A DNA stretch of 64,000 nucleotides from Cycas panzhihuaensis (taxonomy: Eukaryota > Plantae > Cycadophyta): positions 180,551,741-180,615,740 of the forward strand of contig CM041465.1 of the NCBI GenBank assembly GCA_023213395.1. The letters are read 5' to 3'. How positions within the stretch are numbered: the stretch's first letter is position 1; each line of letters starts with the position of its first letter. The notes beneath the pieces are model-generated. The model ran no database searches and had not been told where the DNA came from. It was given only the letters and a program-made list of their open reading frames with translations. Made by a program: the position numbers and the translations under genes. This document shows, piece by piece, positions 40,100 through 53,792 of this stretch.

Positions 40100-43000
40100 G
40101 AAAATGACCCAGAGTGGAATGAATATATTAATGTAATTAAGGGGACCTTTCAAGAATAATTGGACTTAAGGATGGGTAAGTTTGAACATGAAATTAAAAG
40201 AATTAACAAAACCCTTCAAAAGATTACATGTCAATTGGGATTACAAAAATATAATGAGGGATCCTGGAAGGGGAAAGATAAGATAAGGAGTGAAGGTGAT
40301 CACCATGACCAAGGAGGGCTATGATATAATTATCTCCCTAAATTAGAGATTAGGAAATTTAATGGAAAAGATGTGAGGACCTGGGTTAGCCAAATAGAAC
40401 AATTATTTAGTCTTGACCAAGTACCATCTGATAAAAAAATCATCTTAGCTTCTTTATATATGGAATCAGAACCCTTCTAATGGTACCAATGGATAAAGAA
40501 GAAGTATGAAGGAATATCGTATAAGTGGGAAAATTTTATGGAGGATATTTCACTATAATTTAATAATATTTGGGATGATGACTACTTTAGTCAATTGGAT
40601 AAACTAAAACAAGAAGGAACAGTATCAGAATACAAAATTGCTTGAACTATATATTAGGGCTTTAAAAGAAGATATACGATATGAATTATGCTTGTTAAGA
40701 CCAAGTATCCTAACATAAGTAATCATAGCATCCTGACAAATTGAAGCTAAAAATAGGGCTACTAAAAAATATAATAGGATGGGGGGAAGATAAAAGAAGC
40801 CCATACATTCCTACAACACAAAGGATGACAACTAAATAAATGGATGGGAAAATGCTAAAGGGCATTTGTTTTTGATGCACTGGAAAGATCATAAATGTTT
40901 AGAAAAATGACTATTCATCATTGAAGATACATATGAAGAAGATCTAGAAGAAGTCATTGTAGAAGATGACACTACTCCTGAACCACTAGACATTGAAGAA
41001 GAGAACATATCAATAATATCTATCCATGCTTTAGTAGGGATTGCAGCTCCACAGACCTTGAAGATTATAAGATACATCAAGAAAAAAAAGGTAGTCATCT
41101 TAGTTGATTCACGAAGTACACATAATTTTATTAATAGGAAACTTATAGAAGAATTAAATTATTTTCCTTATCTGGTTAAGAATTTTTAAGTTATGGTTGC
41201 TAATGGTGGTACATTAGCATGTGGAAGTACATGTCATAATATTAAAATGACTATGGGAGATTACCAATTGGCTTCCTCGATGTATGCCATTCTAGTGGGA
41301 GGAGTCGATATAGATTTGGGAGTACAATAGCTAAAAACATTAGGTACTTTTTAACTTAACTTGGAGGAATTATTCATCTATTTTAACTCAAGAGGGAAAC
41401 AATACCAACTCAATGGAATTATCCCACCTCCGTCACAGGTCATTAGTTCACATAGGATGGAGAAGCTTCTAAGAAAAGGAGGAACAAGACTTATAGCTAG
41501 ATGTTATGCGTTAGAAGGGCATGAGTTAGTAGCAAAGGAAGATCTTCATAAGGATAATAACGTAACACCTAAATTGCAAGAAGTATTAGTCAAACATAAC
41601 AAGGTTTTCAAAGACATTCGTAAGGGGCTTCCTCTAGAAAGGGAACAAGATCATGCCATTGAACTCATTGCCCATAGCAATCCACCTAGCATATGATCTT
41701 ATAGATATCCTTATCAACAGAAGAATAAAATTAAAAAATTGGTACATGAACTTCTTGAAGCTAGGGCCATCAAGAAAAGTAAAAGCACATTTTCAGCACT
41801 AGTAATAGTGGTAAAAAAGAATGATGAACCCTTTTGTATGTGTGTGGATTATCAGGAATTAAATAAAATTACTATTAAAGATAAATTCCCCATACCAATG
41901 ATTGATGAATTGTTAGATGAATTGAATGGAGCAACCCTTTTCACCACCATAGATTTAAAATCTGGATATCACCAAGTTAGAATCAAGGCTACTAATGCTC
42001 ACAAAATAGCTTTTCGCACCCATGAAGGCCACTATAAATTCCTTGTCATGCCTTTTGGCTTAACCAATTCACCAACCACATTCCAAGGGCTCATGAATAA
42101 AATATTTTGACCTTATCTAAGGAATTTTATCTTGGTGTTCTTTGATGACATCTTAATGTATAATTAGATAAAGGAACAACATCTTCAACATGTTGATAAG
42201 GCTTTGCAATTATTAGAAGACAATAAACTCTTTGCAAACATATTAAAATATAGCTTTGGAAGGCATAAAGTGGAGTACTTAGGGCACATCATCTCACAAG
42301 AGGGAGTCAAGGTTTATCCAAGGAAGATTGAAGCCATAGTAAATTGGCCACAACCCAAAAATATCAAAGGGCTACATGGATTCTTGGGTTTCATAGGGTA
42401 GTACCAAAAATTTGTTAAAGGATATGCCAAGATTCTAACACCCTTGAAACAATTATTAAAGAAGGATTCATTCATATGGACAGATGCTGCTACTAAAGCC
42501 TTTGAGAGCCTAAAGGTATCCATGACTACCACACTAGTTTTAACAACTCCTAACTTCACTAAAATATTTATCATTGAATGTGATGCCTTGGGACAAGGTA
42601 TTGGAGCAGTCCTCATGCAAGAAGGGAGGCCCATATCCTTTGAGAGTAAAAGGTTAAAACGTAGGGACTTAATCAAGTATACATATGAAAAAGAGATGAT
42701 GGCAATCCTATAAGTAATTCAAAAATGGTGCAAATATTTACTTGGAACTTATTTTAAAATAAAGATAGACCATGAAAGCTTGAAGTGTTTCCTAAACCAA
42801 AGGGTAGCTTATGAGGAACAACAAAAATGGGTCTCTAAAATGCAAGGTTTTGATTTTGAAATTATATATGAAAAATGGAAGGAAAATATAGCAGTTGATG
42901 CCCTATCACGAAAGGAAGGAGATTCTATATTATATGCATTAACAACAATTACCTCTTCATGGATTGAGGATGCAAGGGAAGAGTGCGAAAAGGATACTAA

Positions 43001-44380
43001 GATAAAGCAATTAATATAAGATCTATAGGTTGATCAAGATAGTCATAAAAGCTTTTCATGGATAGCAAACATATTGTGGCACAAATTAGAATATATCTTA
43101 GTCCTGATTCCAAGATTAAGAAGAAGATATTGCATGATGTACATGCCTCTCCAATAACAAGCCATTTTAGATTCCTAAAGACTTACCAACAGATTAAGCA
43201 ACCCCTATTAGAATGCGCTCAAGTAGGATACTAAAATATGGGTTACAGCTTGTGAAGTGTGCCAATAACAAAACAGTAAAATGAGCAAGATGCCTAGTCT
43301 ATTGCATCTATTTCCTATACCAAATCAAAGATGTGAAGAAATATCCATAGACTTCATCATAGGATTACCAAAATCAGATGGGAGAGACGCCATCCTTATA
43401 GTTGTTGATAGATTAATAAAGTATGCTCATTTTTATGGAATCTAGTCCACTTATAAGGTAAAACAAATTGCTAAGATTTTCTTAAAAGAGATACATTGGC
43501 TCCATGGAATGCCTAAGAAGATTGTTAGTGATAGAGACCCAAAGTTCACAAGCATTTTTTGGACTAAACTCTTCTAAGATATAGGTACCAAGCTAATAAT
43601 AAGCACAACATACCACCCATAAATGGATGGACAAACAAAGGTGGTTAACAAATGTTTAGAAGGATATCTCTGATGCTATGTGTTAGATAAACAAAATCAA
43701 TGGCATCATTGACTTCCCATGGCAGAATGGTGGTATAGTACTACTTACCATATGGCAACAAAAACAACTCCCTTCCAGGCATTATATGGGAATGAACCAC
43801 CATCTATTAAGAACTATGCCATAGAGAATTCTAGAGTTCAAGTCATGGTGGAGCATCTACAACAAACTATAGAGACACTCAAGATTTTGAAGGAAATCCT
43901 TAACTTGGATCAGAACCAAATTAAACAACAAACAAATAAATGAAGAAGTAAATGAGAGTTTCCAGTAGGAGATTGGGTTTACTTGTGCTTATAACCATAT
44001 AAGTAAACTTCACTTAAAAGAGAGGGTAAACAAAAAATAGAGCCAAGGTTTTATAGGCCTTATAAAATCCTTAAACAAGTGAGCGAAGTGGCTTATGCCT
44101 TAGAGTTACCCATAACAACTAAAATCTATAATGTTTTCCATGTATCTTGTATTAAAAAAGTAATTAGATAGCAAGTGCAGGTACAAACAAAATTATCAAT
44201 ATTAGATAATGAAAAGAGGATTCAACTGATACCTAAATGAATTTTAGAGGAAAGGGTTAGGCATTTATACTCTCGACACATCAAAGAGTATCTCATCATA
44301 TGGAAGAAGTTATCACACGATGATTCAACTTAGAAAAGTGAGCAATTTATTCAAGAGCATCCAGGACTAGTCAAGGTTTG
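40100..44380 (+). pseudogene. E3 gag-PR-RT-RH-INT-chromodomain polyprotein, disrupted
   Basis: LVDSRSTHNF (PR), KDKFPIP...DLKSGYHQ...MPFGLTN...VFFDDIL (RT), ECDALG (RH), IVSDRDPKF (INT), EYLIIWKK (chromodomain). Confidence 0.9.
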
Positions 44381-44766
44381 ATGCCAAAGCTATTCAAAAG
44401 GGGGGGAACTTGTTACGAACCCAACCTTTATCTCTCTAATTCTCAAATATTATATTTCTATTCTTGTAATTATCCCACATTCATAAGTCCAAGAGATGGG
44501 AAATATTAATAGCCCTATATATATGTATGTAATATAGGAGTGAAGATCATCTGGAAGTATTGTGATCTTATGTATTGGAGGTTGCTCTCTCGAAGAGACC
44601 CATCGATACATGTGATTACATATGCTTTATACTCTTATATGTAATTTTAGCTCTTGTGTTACCATATGAAATTGGATTAATTTTGGCTCTTGTATTCCCA
44701 TATGCAATTGGATCTCTCTCTTTTGATTTAGGTTCATTACAAAATTCTTTCCCATTGCCCCCCTTC

Positions 44767-45089
44767 TATCACAGGTTGTTGTTACACCAAAAGCCCCAGG
44801 GTGATTCGGGAAGAGGACTTCTTCGTGATAGTTAGTGTCATACGCTCCAACACTCCCCTATCATGAGGAGTCGACTACACCTACATGGCATACATGTCCA
44901 CCATAATGTTCCTTGGCAGACCCACTAATGCCTTCACGTATGTCTAGGTGCACTACCATGGTACACAGGACCATTTTTGAACCCTAGTCACTCTAATACC
45001 ACTTGTCATAGATTTCCATTACACCAAAAGCCCTAGGGTGATTCGAGAAGAGGACTTCCTCATGATAGTTAGCATCACATGCTCCAACA
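44767..45089 (-). mobile_element. TRIM (miniature LTR retrotransposon), 323 bp with 86-bp LTRs
   Basis: Direct repeats 44767-44852 and 45004-45089, Met PBS (ctctaatacca 44991-45001), PPT (ctcccctatc 44853-44862), perfect TSD CCTTC. Confidence 0.92.
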
Positions 45090-45094
45090 CCTTC

Positions 45095-47733
45095 TCCCTT
45101 CACCAGTATCCACCCTAGTTTAGCCACTAGGGCCCTATTAAAAGAGGCCAAGCTCTGGGTGTTAAGCCTGCCTACCCATCTAGGGTTATAGACTTTATCC
45201 CATGCCACCAAATAAATTTTATCTTTCTCTTCAACCCCTAACCAAAGGAATCTCTTTTGGATACCTTCTAAAATTATTATAATTTTAGTCAGTATCCTAA
45301 AAATTGACATCAGGTATACCAGAATGCTCTAAAGAGAAGCAGCCGACAATTGAATTTTACTAGCTTGGCTTAACAGGGATCCCTTCCAACCTACCAACTT
45401 CCTTTACATTTGATTAATAATGGGATTCTGTAACTCCTTAGACATCTTTCCTACAAATTAAGTCATCCATAGGTAAAAGGAGGGTAGGGACCGGATGGGC
45501 ATTTCCAATATCCTACTAATCATTCTTTGTAATCTCTCCTTAGTATTAATCAAAAGGACACTACTCTTTTCCAAATTTATCTTTTGATTTATGGCTATCT
45601 CAAATTGATGAAGACCTTCTTTAATAGCCTGTACTTTGCCCACAACATCTTTCCTTAACAAGATGTTATCATTAACAAATTGATGATTCATTATATTATC
45701 TATACTAGATGTGGGATTTATCTTGGTAATCACACCCTTCCTCCTAGCTTCCTCTATCACCCTTCCCAAACTTTTAGCTATGATAATAAATAAATAGGGG
45801 GATAAGGGGTCCCCTTGCCTTAATCCTCTAAAACCTATAAATAAATCTATCGAGGTGCCATTAATTAGGGCCAAATATTGGGGATTAGAAATGCAGCATA
45901 CCACCCACTCCCTCCATGTGTCTCCAAAACTAGATACATGGAGACATTCCAATAAGCAGTCCCATGACACCCTATCATATGCTTTAGAGAGATCAATTTT
46001 CATAATCATACCTGACTCTTTCCTCTAGAAGGCAAAGTGAATAGTCTTATGAAGAACTATTATACCATCTAAAATTTGTCTCCCTTTCACAAATCCATCC
46101 TAGTTTGGAAACATAATCCATGGGATAAGATTCTTAAATCTATTGGCTAATATTTTGCCAAAATTTTATACTTTATATTATAAGGGCTAATTGGCCTAAA
46201 CTCCTCCATCGATTTCTCTCCCTTTTTCTTTGGAATTAGAACTACGAATGTGGCTTGCCATTCCCTTAAAATTACTCTTTTCTCATGAAATTCATCCAGG
46301 GCCTTCTTAAGGTCTTCCTTAATTACACCTCAATACTCTTAAAAGAAACCTAGAGGAAATCTATCAAGACAAAGAGTTTTGTTCCTTGTCATCCTGAAGA
46401 TGACCTTTTCTACCTCCTCCATGGAAAATGATTCTTTCAAAAGACTGTTCTATTCATCATTGATCAAATTTAGAATACAACTCATAAACTCCCCCTTAAT
46501 CTCTACATCTTACCATTTAGGTTCTTCAAATAGCTCCTTGAAATATCCTATTGCTATATTCTTAATTTCTTCCTTGACCCTAGTTTCTGCCCCCTCTCTA
46601 TTATTTATCTTGTTAATCTGGGTACAATACCTATACTTTAGGATAGTCAAGTGGAAGAATTTTGTGTTCATGTCTCCTTTGGCCAACCAGAGGCCCTAGA
46701 ATTTTGTCTCCAATGTATTTCTTCCTTTATCATGATATCTTCCAAGCATTTAAGGAGGGATCTCTCTGATTAGTCTAGTGTCTGGGATCTGCCTTCCTCT
46801 TGGATCTAACCCTTGACCACTTTTAGCTCTTTAATTATCTAACCCTTAGCTTCAAATATATTTCCATAAACCTCTTTATTTTATATTTTTACTTGTATCT
46901 TCACCCAATTTAGTTTCCTAAAAAATTTAAACATGACATGCCTATATATCAATTTCCTCTACCATTCCTCAATCTGATTCCTAAGCTCTGAATGCTTAGT
47001 CCACATAAGTTCAAAATAAAAGGGAACCCTTAAATGTTTCTCAAAGGTATTAAAATTAATCAGAAGAGGAGAGTGATTAGATGCCACATTAGAAAGAGTG
47101 TCTAGCCTAATCCCATTATAAAGACTAACCCATTCATAATTAATCATAACTCTATCCAACTTTACTTGAAATGGTGGTTCCCTAGTCTTCTATTTGACTA
47201 GGCATACTTAGCCCCTCTTAATTGAACACCCATCAATCTCTCTTTTTGGAGGAAGTTCCCCAAGTTGGTCATGCTCTTTGTTCATCCTTCTTGGCCCTCT
47301 TTCTTCTCTCCTAGCAATGAGGCTATGTTGAGGTCCCTAGCCTCCAACTAAGATCCTTTCCATTCTTTGTGAGCCTCCAAAATTTTGTCCCAGAGGTTCT
47401 TCCTACCTTACATTATTATAGGAGTATATATATTAGTAGCTAACTACTAGAGATTTATCCTTCTACATGTCAATCGTATAGACATAAAGCATTCATCCAG
47501 GATATAGTCTTGTCCATGCTAGACCTTCAAACTCTAGAGTGTTACCATTCCCCTAGATCTTTGACTCCCATTCTTTGATGACATTTCTGCTTTCCTTCAT
47601 ATTTTCTTTTTAACCTCTAACCTTTTATCCTAGCACAAGTATATCCACTTCCATCCTTATGTGTAACTCTTTTATATCCCTATGCTTAGAGGGAGTATTT
47701 AGACCCCTAATGTTCCAAGAGATAATCTTTATA
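45095..47733 (-). pseudogene. LINE ORF2: AP endonuclease and reverse transcriptase
   Basis: KIISWNIRGL ~47730, LDRVMIN...SNHSPL (EN), KIDLSKAYDRV...GLRQGDPLSPYLF...HQFVNDNIL (RT). Confidence 0.9.
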
Positions 47734-48163
47734 TCCTCCCTCCTACCTTAGGCTCCTCCACTTATACTGATGCTTCATCTTTTACTTCATAAGGTTGGTC
47801 CCTCACCTCCCCCCTACCTTATGGTTTGTTGAACTCCTTAGTAAATTTGAGATATTGCTCTCTTTATCTCACCATCTTCTAGGTTGGTCTTCCAACCCTT
47901 TTATCACTACCAAGATCTAGGCCCCTTCAATGGCTTGTCCCTCCCTACTCTTCTTGTGAGTCCTTTTCCTTGATTTTCCATATACTAGCAATATTCCCTA
48001 TCTCTTCCTGCATTCCCACAATAGGGAGGCCCTCCTCTGTCTTGTGCCCATCATGGATCTCACAAGGGTCTTAGCTATCACCACCGCCTACCTCTACTCC
48101 TCAGGGGCCTCCTCCAACCTTTCTTCTAGGAAAAGCTCCTCCTCCTCCTCAAAAAGAATATTC

Positions 48164-51100
48164 TGTAGCAACCTCACAAAATTCTTCTAACAGATTTTAT
48201 AGAAATAGACAAAATATCCACCAAATGCACTTGCAAAATATCCAATCAAGAGAGCAATAATACAAATCCACTTGAATACAAATATAAAATGGTATGAATA
48301 TAAAATAATAGATACAATGTTACCAAAAGATCCCACAAATTACTAATGATAAAGAATCCCTCTTCGAGGTGAGGTTCCCTCCACAAGCTCCTCAAAAGGG
48401 CTGAAAATATTGCAGTCCAAGACTTCTTCGATGATGATGAAATGAGGCCGCAAATCCTCCTTAAATAGGCGGCCAACAGATAGCAATACAAGTCAGCCAG
48501 AAAAGATGATATTATTCTTATTACTTCACCCATAGAAGTTAACTAGGACTTCTCCAAAAACTGGCAGGCCAACTTTAAATGGTCATAACTTTTGATACAG
48601 ATGTCAGAATTAACTTTCGTCTAGATCGTTGGAATCATCGTTGAGAGACCTTTGATTCAAATGGTCATAAGCTATATTTATGACCATATTTAGGAATGCT
48701 ACAAGTCTTCCCCCTTCAAAACATGCTTTGCCCTCAAAGCATCGGTAAATTTTTGTACTGTTGTATCCATTCTTCAGATTCCCATGTGGCTTCACTATTG
48801 TCCATTGTTTTCCATTTGATAAGATATTCTGTGATTTCACGAGAACGCAACCTTTTGGTACGTTTCTGAAGGATACCTTCTGGTTCCATTGATAGTCCTC
48901 CTTCCTCATCTAATATTGGAAGTTCTGTCTAGATTGGTACCCTTTCTCCTAACTTCCTCTTCAGGCAAGAAACGTGGAATGTATTGTGTATTCGGCAATC
49001 TGGGGGAAGCTCTAATTTGTAGGCTACATCTCTAATTTTAGCCACAATTTTATAGGGTCCAAAAAATTTTGGTTGAAGTTTATTTCTCCCTGTTTGTTTT
49101 AGGCTATTCTGCTTGTAGGGTTGTAATCGCAGAAAAACCCAGTCTCCTATGTCAAATGAATGCTCTGTTCTTTGAAGATCAGCTTGTTGCTTCATTCGAT
49201 TGCGAGCTAAGTTCAAGTTATCTTTTAAGGTATCTAGTATCTGCCTTGACTATTGGTGATACTCTTCAATTGATTGTACTTTGGATGCCTGGGTCCAATT
49301 AAGAATGGATGGCGGTTCAAATCTATATAATGCTTGAAAATGGGACATCTTGGCCAAAGTGTGGTAAGTTGTATTGTACCACCATTCTGCTAAATGAAGC
49401 CATTTGTGCCATTGGAGTGGGCTTTGAGTGGTGAAATTACATAGATAACCCTCTATGCATTTATTTACGGCTTCTGTTTGACCGTCTGATTGTGGATGAT
49501 ACGCGGAACTCATATTAAGCTTCGTGCCTGCCAATCTGAACAATTCTTGCCAGAAATGACTGGTGAATTTGGGATCGCGATCACTAACTATCACTTTTGG
49601 AAACCCATGGAGACGATATATCTCCTTGATGAATAACTCTGCTATTTGAGGAGCTTTTGCTGTTGCTTGAGTTCCCCTAAAATGTGCATATTTGGTTAGT
49701 CGATCCACAACAACAAAAATAGTATCCTTACCTTCTGATTTTGGCAGCCCCGTGATGAAGTCCATAGATATCTCCTCCCATCTTTGTTTTGGAATTGGTA
49801 GAGGTTGAAGAAGACCTGGAGCTTTTACATTCTCTCCTCTGTTTCTTTGGCAGTGATCACATTCTACTACAAACTTCTGTATTTCTTCTTTCATTCCTTT
49901 CCAGAAGAAATTTTCTCAAACTTTGCGATAAGTTTTGTCTACTCCTGTATGGCCTCCCACTGGTGACGCATGGGCCTCCTCTAAGATCTTTGTTTTAATT
50001 GTCGCTGCTATAGGCACTAGCATCTTACCTTTTCGCAAGATTAAATTTCCTTGGAGAGAGTACTTGGTATTAAGTCCTGCCTTGATTTTTTGCAGCACCT
50101 TTTGAGAATGAGTGTCCTTGTCATAACCTTTGACTAGTTCCTCCGTCCATCTTTGGGCTAATTATGGTAATGGCTTTTAATGATGCTTTATCCTCTTCAT
50201 GATCTTCTGCTACGGATCTTGATAATGCATCTTCTATGATGTTCTCCTTTCCTTTCTTGTAAACTATCAAAAAGTCAAATGCTTGTAATCTGCTAACCCA
50301 CTTTTGTTGTTCATCTGTTAAGGATTTTTGATTCAGGACATATTTCAGACTGTCGTGATTAGTCTTGATGATAAATTTATTTCCTAGCAAATATTGTCGC
50401 CACTGTTGGATGGCATGCATAATCACTAGCATTTCTTTGTCATATATTGGTTTGAGGTGCCCACGGCTATTGAGCTTACGACTTTCATATGCTAGTGGTC
50501 GATCTTCTTGTAGTAAAACTGCTCCCAACCCAAAACCAGAGGCGTCACATTCAATAGTGAAGGATTTTGAGAATTGTGGTAGTGCAAGGACTGGGACTGT
50601 AGTCATAGCTATCTTTAGTTGTTGGAATGCCGCTTCCGCTAATTGATCCCATTTAAATGCCTCTTTTCTTAAATCTGTTAGAGGCGTAGCTATATGAGCA
50701 TAACCCTTGATAAATTTACGTACAAAACCGGCGGCTCCTAAGAATCCTCGAACTCCTGTAACATTCTTAGGTGTGGGCCAATTGATAATCACCTCGATCT
50801 TCTTTGGGTCAATTCGCACTCCTTCGGGAGATATTATATGCCCCAAATATTCTAGCTCTGTTTGCCCAAATATACATTTCTTTTTGTTCGCGACCAATTG
50901 TTGGTTTTGTAATAATTAGAGGATGATCTGTATGTGTTGGAGATGCTCCTACCAAGAACGGCTATAGATTAGAATATCATCAAAAAAAACTAGCACAAAA
51001 TTTTGAATATACGGCTTGAGGATCTGGTTCATCATATTTTGAAATGTTGCAGGGGCATTCGTCAGCCCCAAAGGCATAACCCAAAATTCGAATAGCCCTT

Positions 51101-53787
51101 CGTGTGTGCGGAAAGCCGTCTTATGTGTGTCTTCCTCTTTGATGTGAATCTGATAGTATCTGGAGCGTAGATCAATTTTTGAGAAGAACTTTCCTCCATG
51201 AAGTTCATCCTAAAGGTCATCGATATGAGGAATCAGGTATCTATTCTTGATCGTTAATTTATTGAAAGCCCGATAATCTCCACACATACGATATGATCCA
51301 TCTTTCTTTCGTGCAATTATAACTGGAGATGCAAAGGGACTACTACTTGGGATGATGATTCCTTGTTGGAGAAGATCTTGAGTGATGTGTTCAATCTCTT
51401 ATTTATGATGGAATGGGTGCCTATATGGCCTGATATTAACAGGGGCCGATTGAGGAACCCAATCAATCGCATGCTCATATCCACGACTAGGAGGAAGTTT
51501 AGGTGGTAGTTCCTCAAAAACCTTACTATATTGGTCAATTAGTTCTTGTACCTCCATGGGAACTTCTTCTGCTGCTATCTTATAATAGGAAATCATGAAC
51601 GAAGTGGGATTTTTTCGAAGTATCTTTTCCATATGTTGAGATGATACCAATTGTACTGGAGGAATGTCGAGAGCCTCTAGCTTGTACTTACGTCCCTTTT
51701 GGTGAAAACACATAAACCGCGTCCGAAAGTTGGTAACAAACCCATTGTACTCCTAGAACCACGTCAATCCCGCCAATAGGCATGGCAAACATGCAAGATG
51801 TGGTTGAGTACTCTGTAATACGTAAGCTTACTTATTGGCAATAACCACCACAAGGCATAGTCCTACCATTTGCTATTGCCACTTGGAATATATTGAGTGG
51901 TTGTACTATGAGACCTAACTTTTACTGCGGAGGGCGATTTATGAAATTGTGTGTACTACCACTATCTACCAAAATGGAAACCTCCGCATTTTTTATTAAC
52001 CCTCGAAATCTCAATGTTTGTGGTGTGTGCGTCTCCCCAGTGATGGCTTGAAGTGATATCTGAATATTGTCTGGGTTTGTATTCAATAACTCCTCTATCT
52101 AGGCCTCGTCTTCTTGGACCAATGCTTCCTCTTCTGTAATTTCATCCATAGTTTGATCCGTGAGAGGGTCTTCCTCATTATTCATCATGAACATTTTCTT
52201 AGGAGGGCATATATATTCCCAATTATACTTTCCTCCACAACGAAAACATGTTCCATTCTTGATGTGTTCTGCTCTTGACATTTGTTCATCTTTTTTCTCC
52301 CCCATAGGAGCACTCACTTTAGTTCCCGACTGTGTCCAATTTGGTTTAAATTGCTGGCTAGGAGGTCTTTCAAACTTGGTTCGTTGAACGAAACTTTGTC
52401 TTCCTTCTCTAAATTCTGCTTCAATGTTCCTGGCATGGCGTATGGCATTGGTCAGGAAGCTCACTTCCATGGTCTTTAGTCGATACCTGATATTACCTCG
52501 AAGACCTGCTATGTATACTTCTACGAGTTGAGGTTCACTAATATGGGCATCCACCATACTATGCAGTGCTTGGAACTGTTCAGTATAAGATTGTACCATA
52601 CCGACCTGTTGTAACCTAGTAAGCTAGGTGAAATAATCCGTTTTCGTTGTATCTTCATATTGTTGGAATAGAGACTTCTTAAAAAAAATCCAATTGTAGT
52701 GGATTATTCCCTCATAATTTCCTTGCCACCAATGAAAAAATTGTAAGGCTTTTCTGTATAAGTGCAACGCTGCCACCACCAATTTTTCTTTATTGGTTAA
52801 AGGGGTGGTGTTAAAGTAGACCTCCATCTGCATCACCCAACTACGAATATCTCGGGATCTATCTGGGTCAAACTTTTCTAGCTGAAATTTAGTTCCCTTA
52901 AGACCGAGCCCAACCTGATCTCCTGAGTATTCCCCTTCTTCTTGGCTCTGCTCCTCTTCTTTATCTCTACTTTGAAATCCAAAATCTTTTTTTGGAGCCA
53001 ACAAAATATCACGAATTTCTTGTATATTCGATTTCAATTCCTTGTACTGGGTTTGCATTAGCGCAATACTACCGTCCAAATGGTCCACCCTTTTTGACAC
53101 GTCCTCAATTCCCTGGGAGGCTTGGAGCACCATTTTTCCTATTGTGGTTTTTCCTGACCTTAACTCCGTTCTATTGAAAAAAGTTTCTCAAATATTTCTT
53201 GCAGAGACACGCTAAATACTCGCTTCAAACAAAGCTCTGATACCACTTGTAGCAACCTCATAGAATTCTTCTAACAGATTTTATAGAAATAGACAAAATA
53301 TCCACCAAATGAACTTGCAAAATATCCAATCAAGAGAGCAATAATATAAATCCACTTGAATACAAATATAAAATCGTATGAATATAAAGTAATAGATACA
53401 ACGTTACCATAAGATCCCGCAAATTACTAACGATAAAGAATCCCTCTTCGAGGCGAGGTTCCCTCCACAAGCTCCTCAAAAGGGCCGAAAATATTGCAGT
53501 CCAAGACTTCTTCGATGATGATGAAATGAGGCCGCAAATCCTCCTTAAATAGGTGGCCAACGGATAGCAATACAAGTCGGCCAGAAAAGATGATATTATT
53601 CTTATTACTGTACCCATAGAAGTCAGCCAGGACTTCTCCAAAAACTGGCAGGCCAACTTTAAATGGTCATAACTTTTGATACAGATGTCAGAATTAACTT
53701 TTGTCTGGATCGTTGGAATCGTCGTTGAGAGACCTTTGATTTGAATGGTCATAAGCTATATTTATGACCATATTTAGGAATGCTACA
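48164..53787 (-). mobile_element. Chromovirus-type (Reina-like) Ty3/gypsy element E4, complete, youngest in the window (5.6 kb)
   Basis: 540-bp LTRs 48164-48703 and 53248-53787 (~25 differences by eye), PBS gctctgatacca 53234-53245, PPT next to 48703, perfect TSD TATTC. Confidence 0.96.
48730..53133 (-). pseudogene. E4 gag-PR-RT-RH-INT-chromodomain polyprotein with few lesions
   Basis: ORF-track pieces give gag with CFRCG knuckle, LVDSGSTHNF, VFFDDIL, ECDASG, H-H-C-C and SDRDPKF, GPY, and EYLIKWK...EATWE. Confidence 0.93.
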
Positions 53788-53792
53788 TATTC

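Larger units (their letters stand above)
38551..44741 (+). mobile_element. Chromovirus-type (Reina-like) Ty3/gypsy element E3, complete but degenerate (6.2 kb)
   Basis: LTRs 38551-38968 and 44411-44741, Met PBS tggtatcagag 38971-38981, PPT aaaagggggggaact, TSD gaatt/aaatt. Confidence 0.93.

Noticed and set aside
44767-45089. Cassandra (5S rRNA-bearing) TRIM, suggested by ggaagtcctc on the minus strand of the LTR
   Set aside because: Only ~10 nt match the 5S 3' region. No A-box or C-box context is visible and the LTR is only 86 bp.
53330-53752. Hydrophobic ORF in the E4 LTRs (also 48246-48533) as an env-like gene
   Set aside because: It lies wholly within the LTR, and the hydrophobicity follows from T-rich composition.
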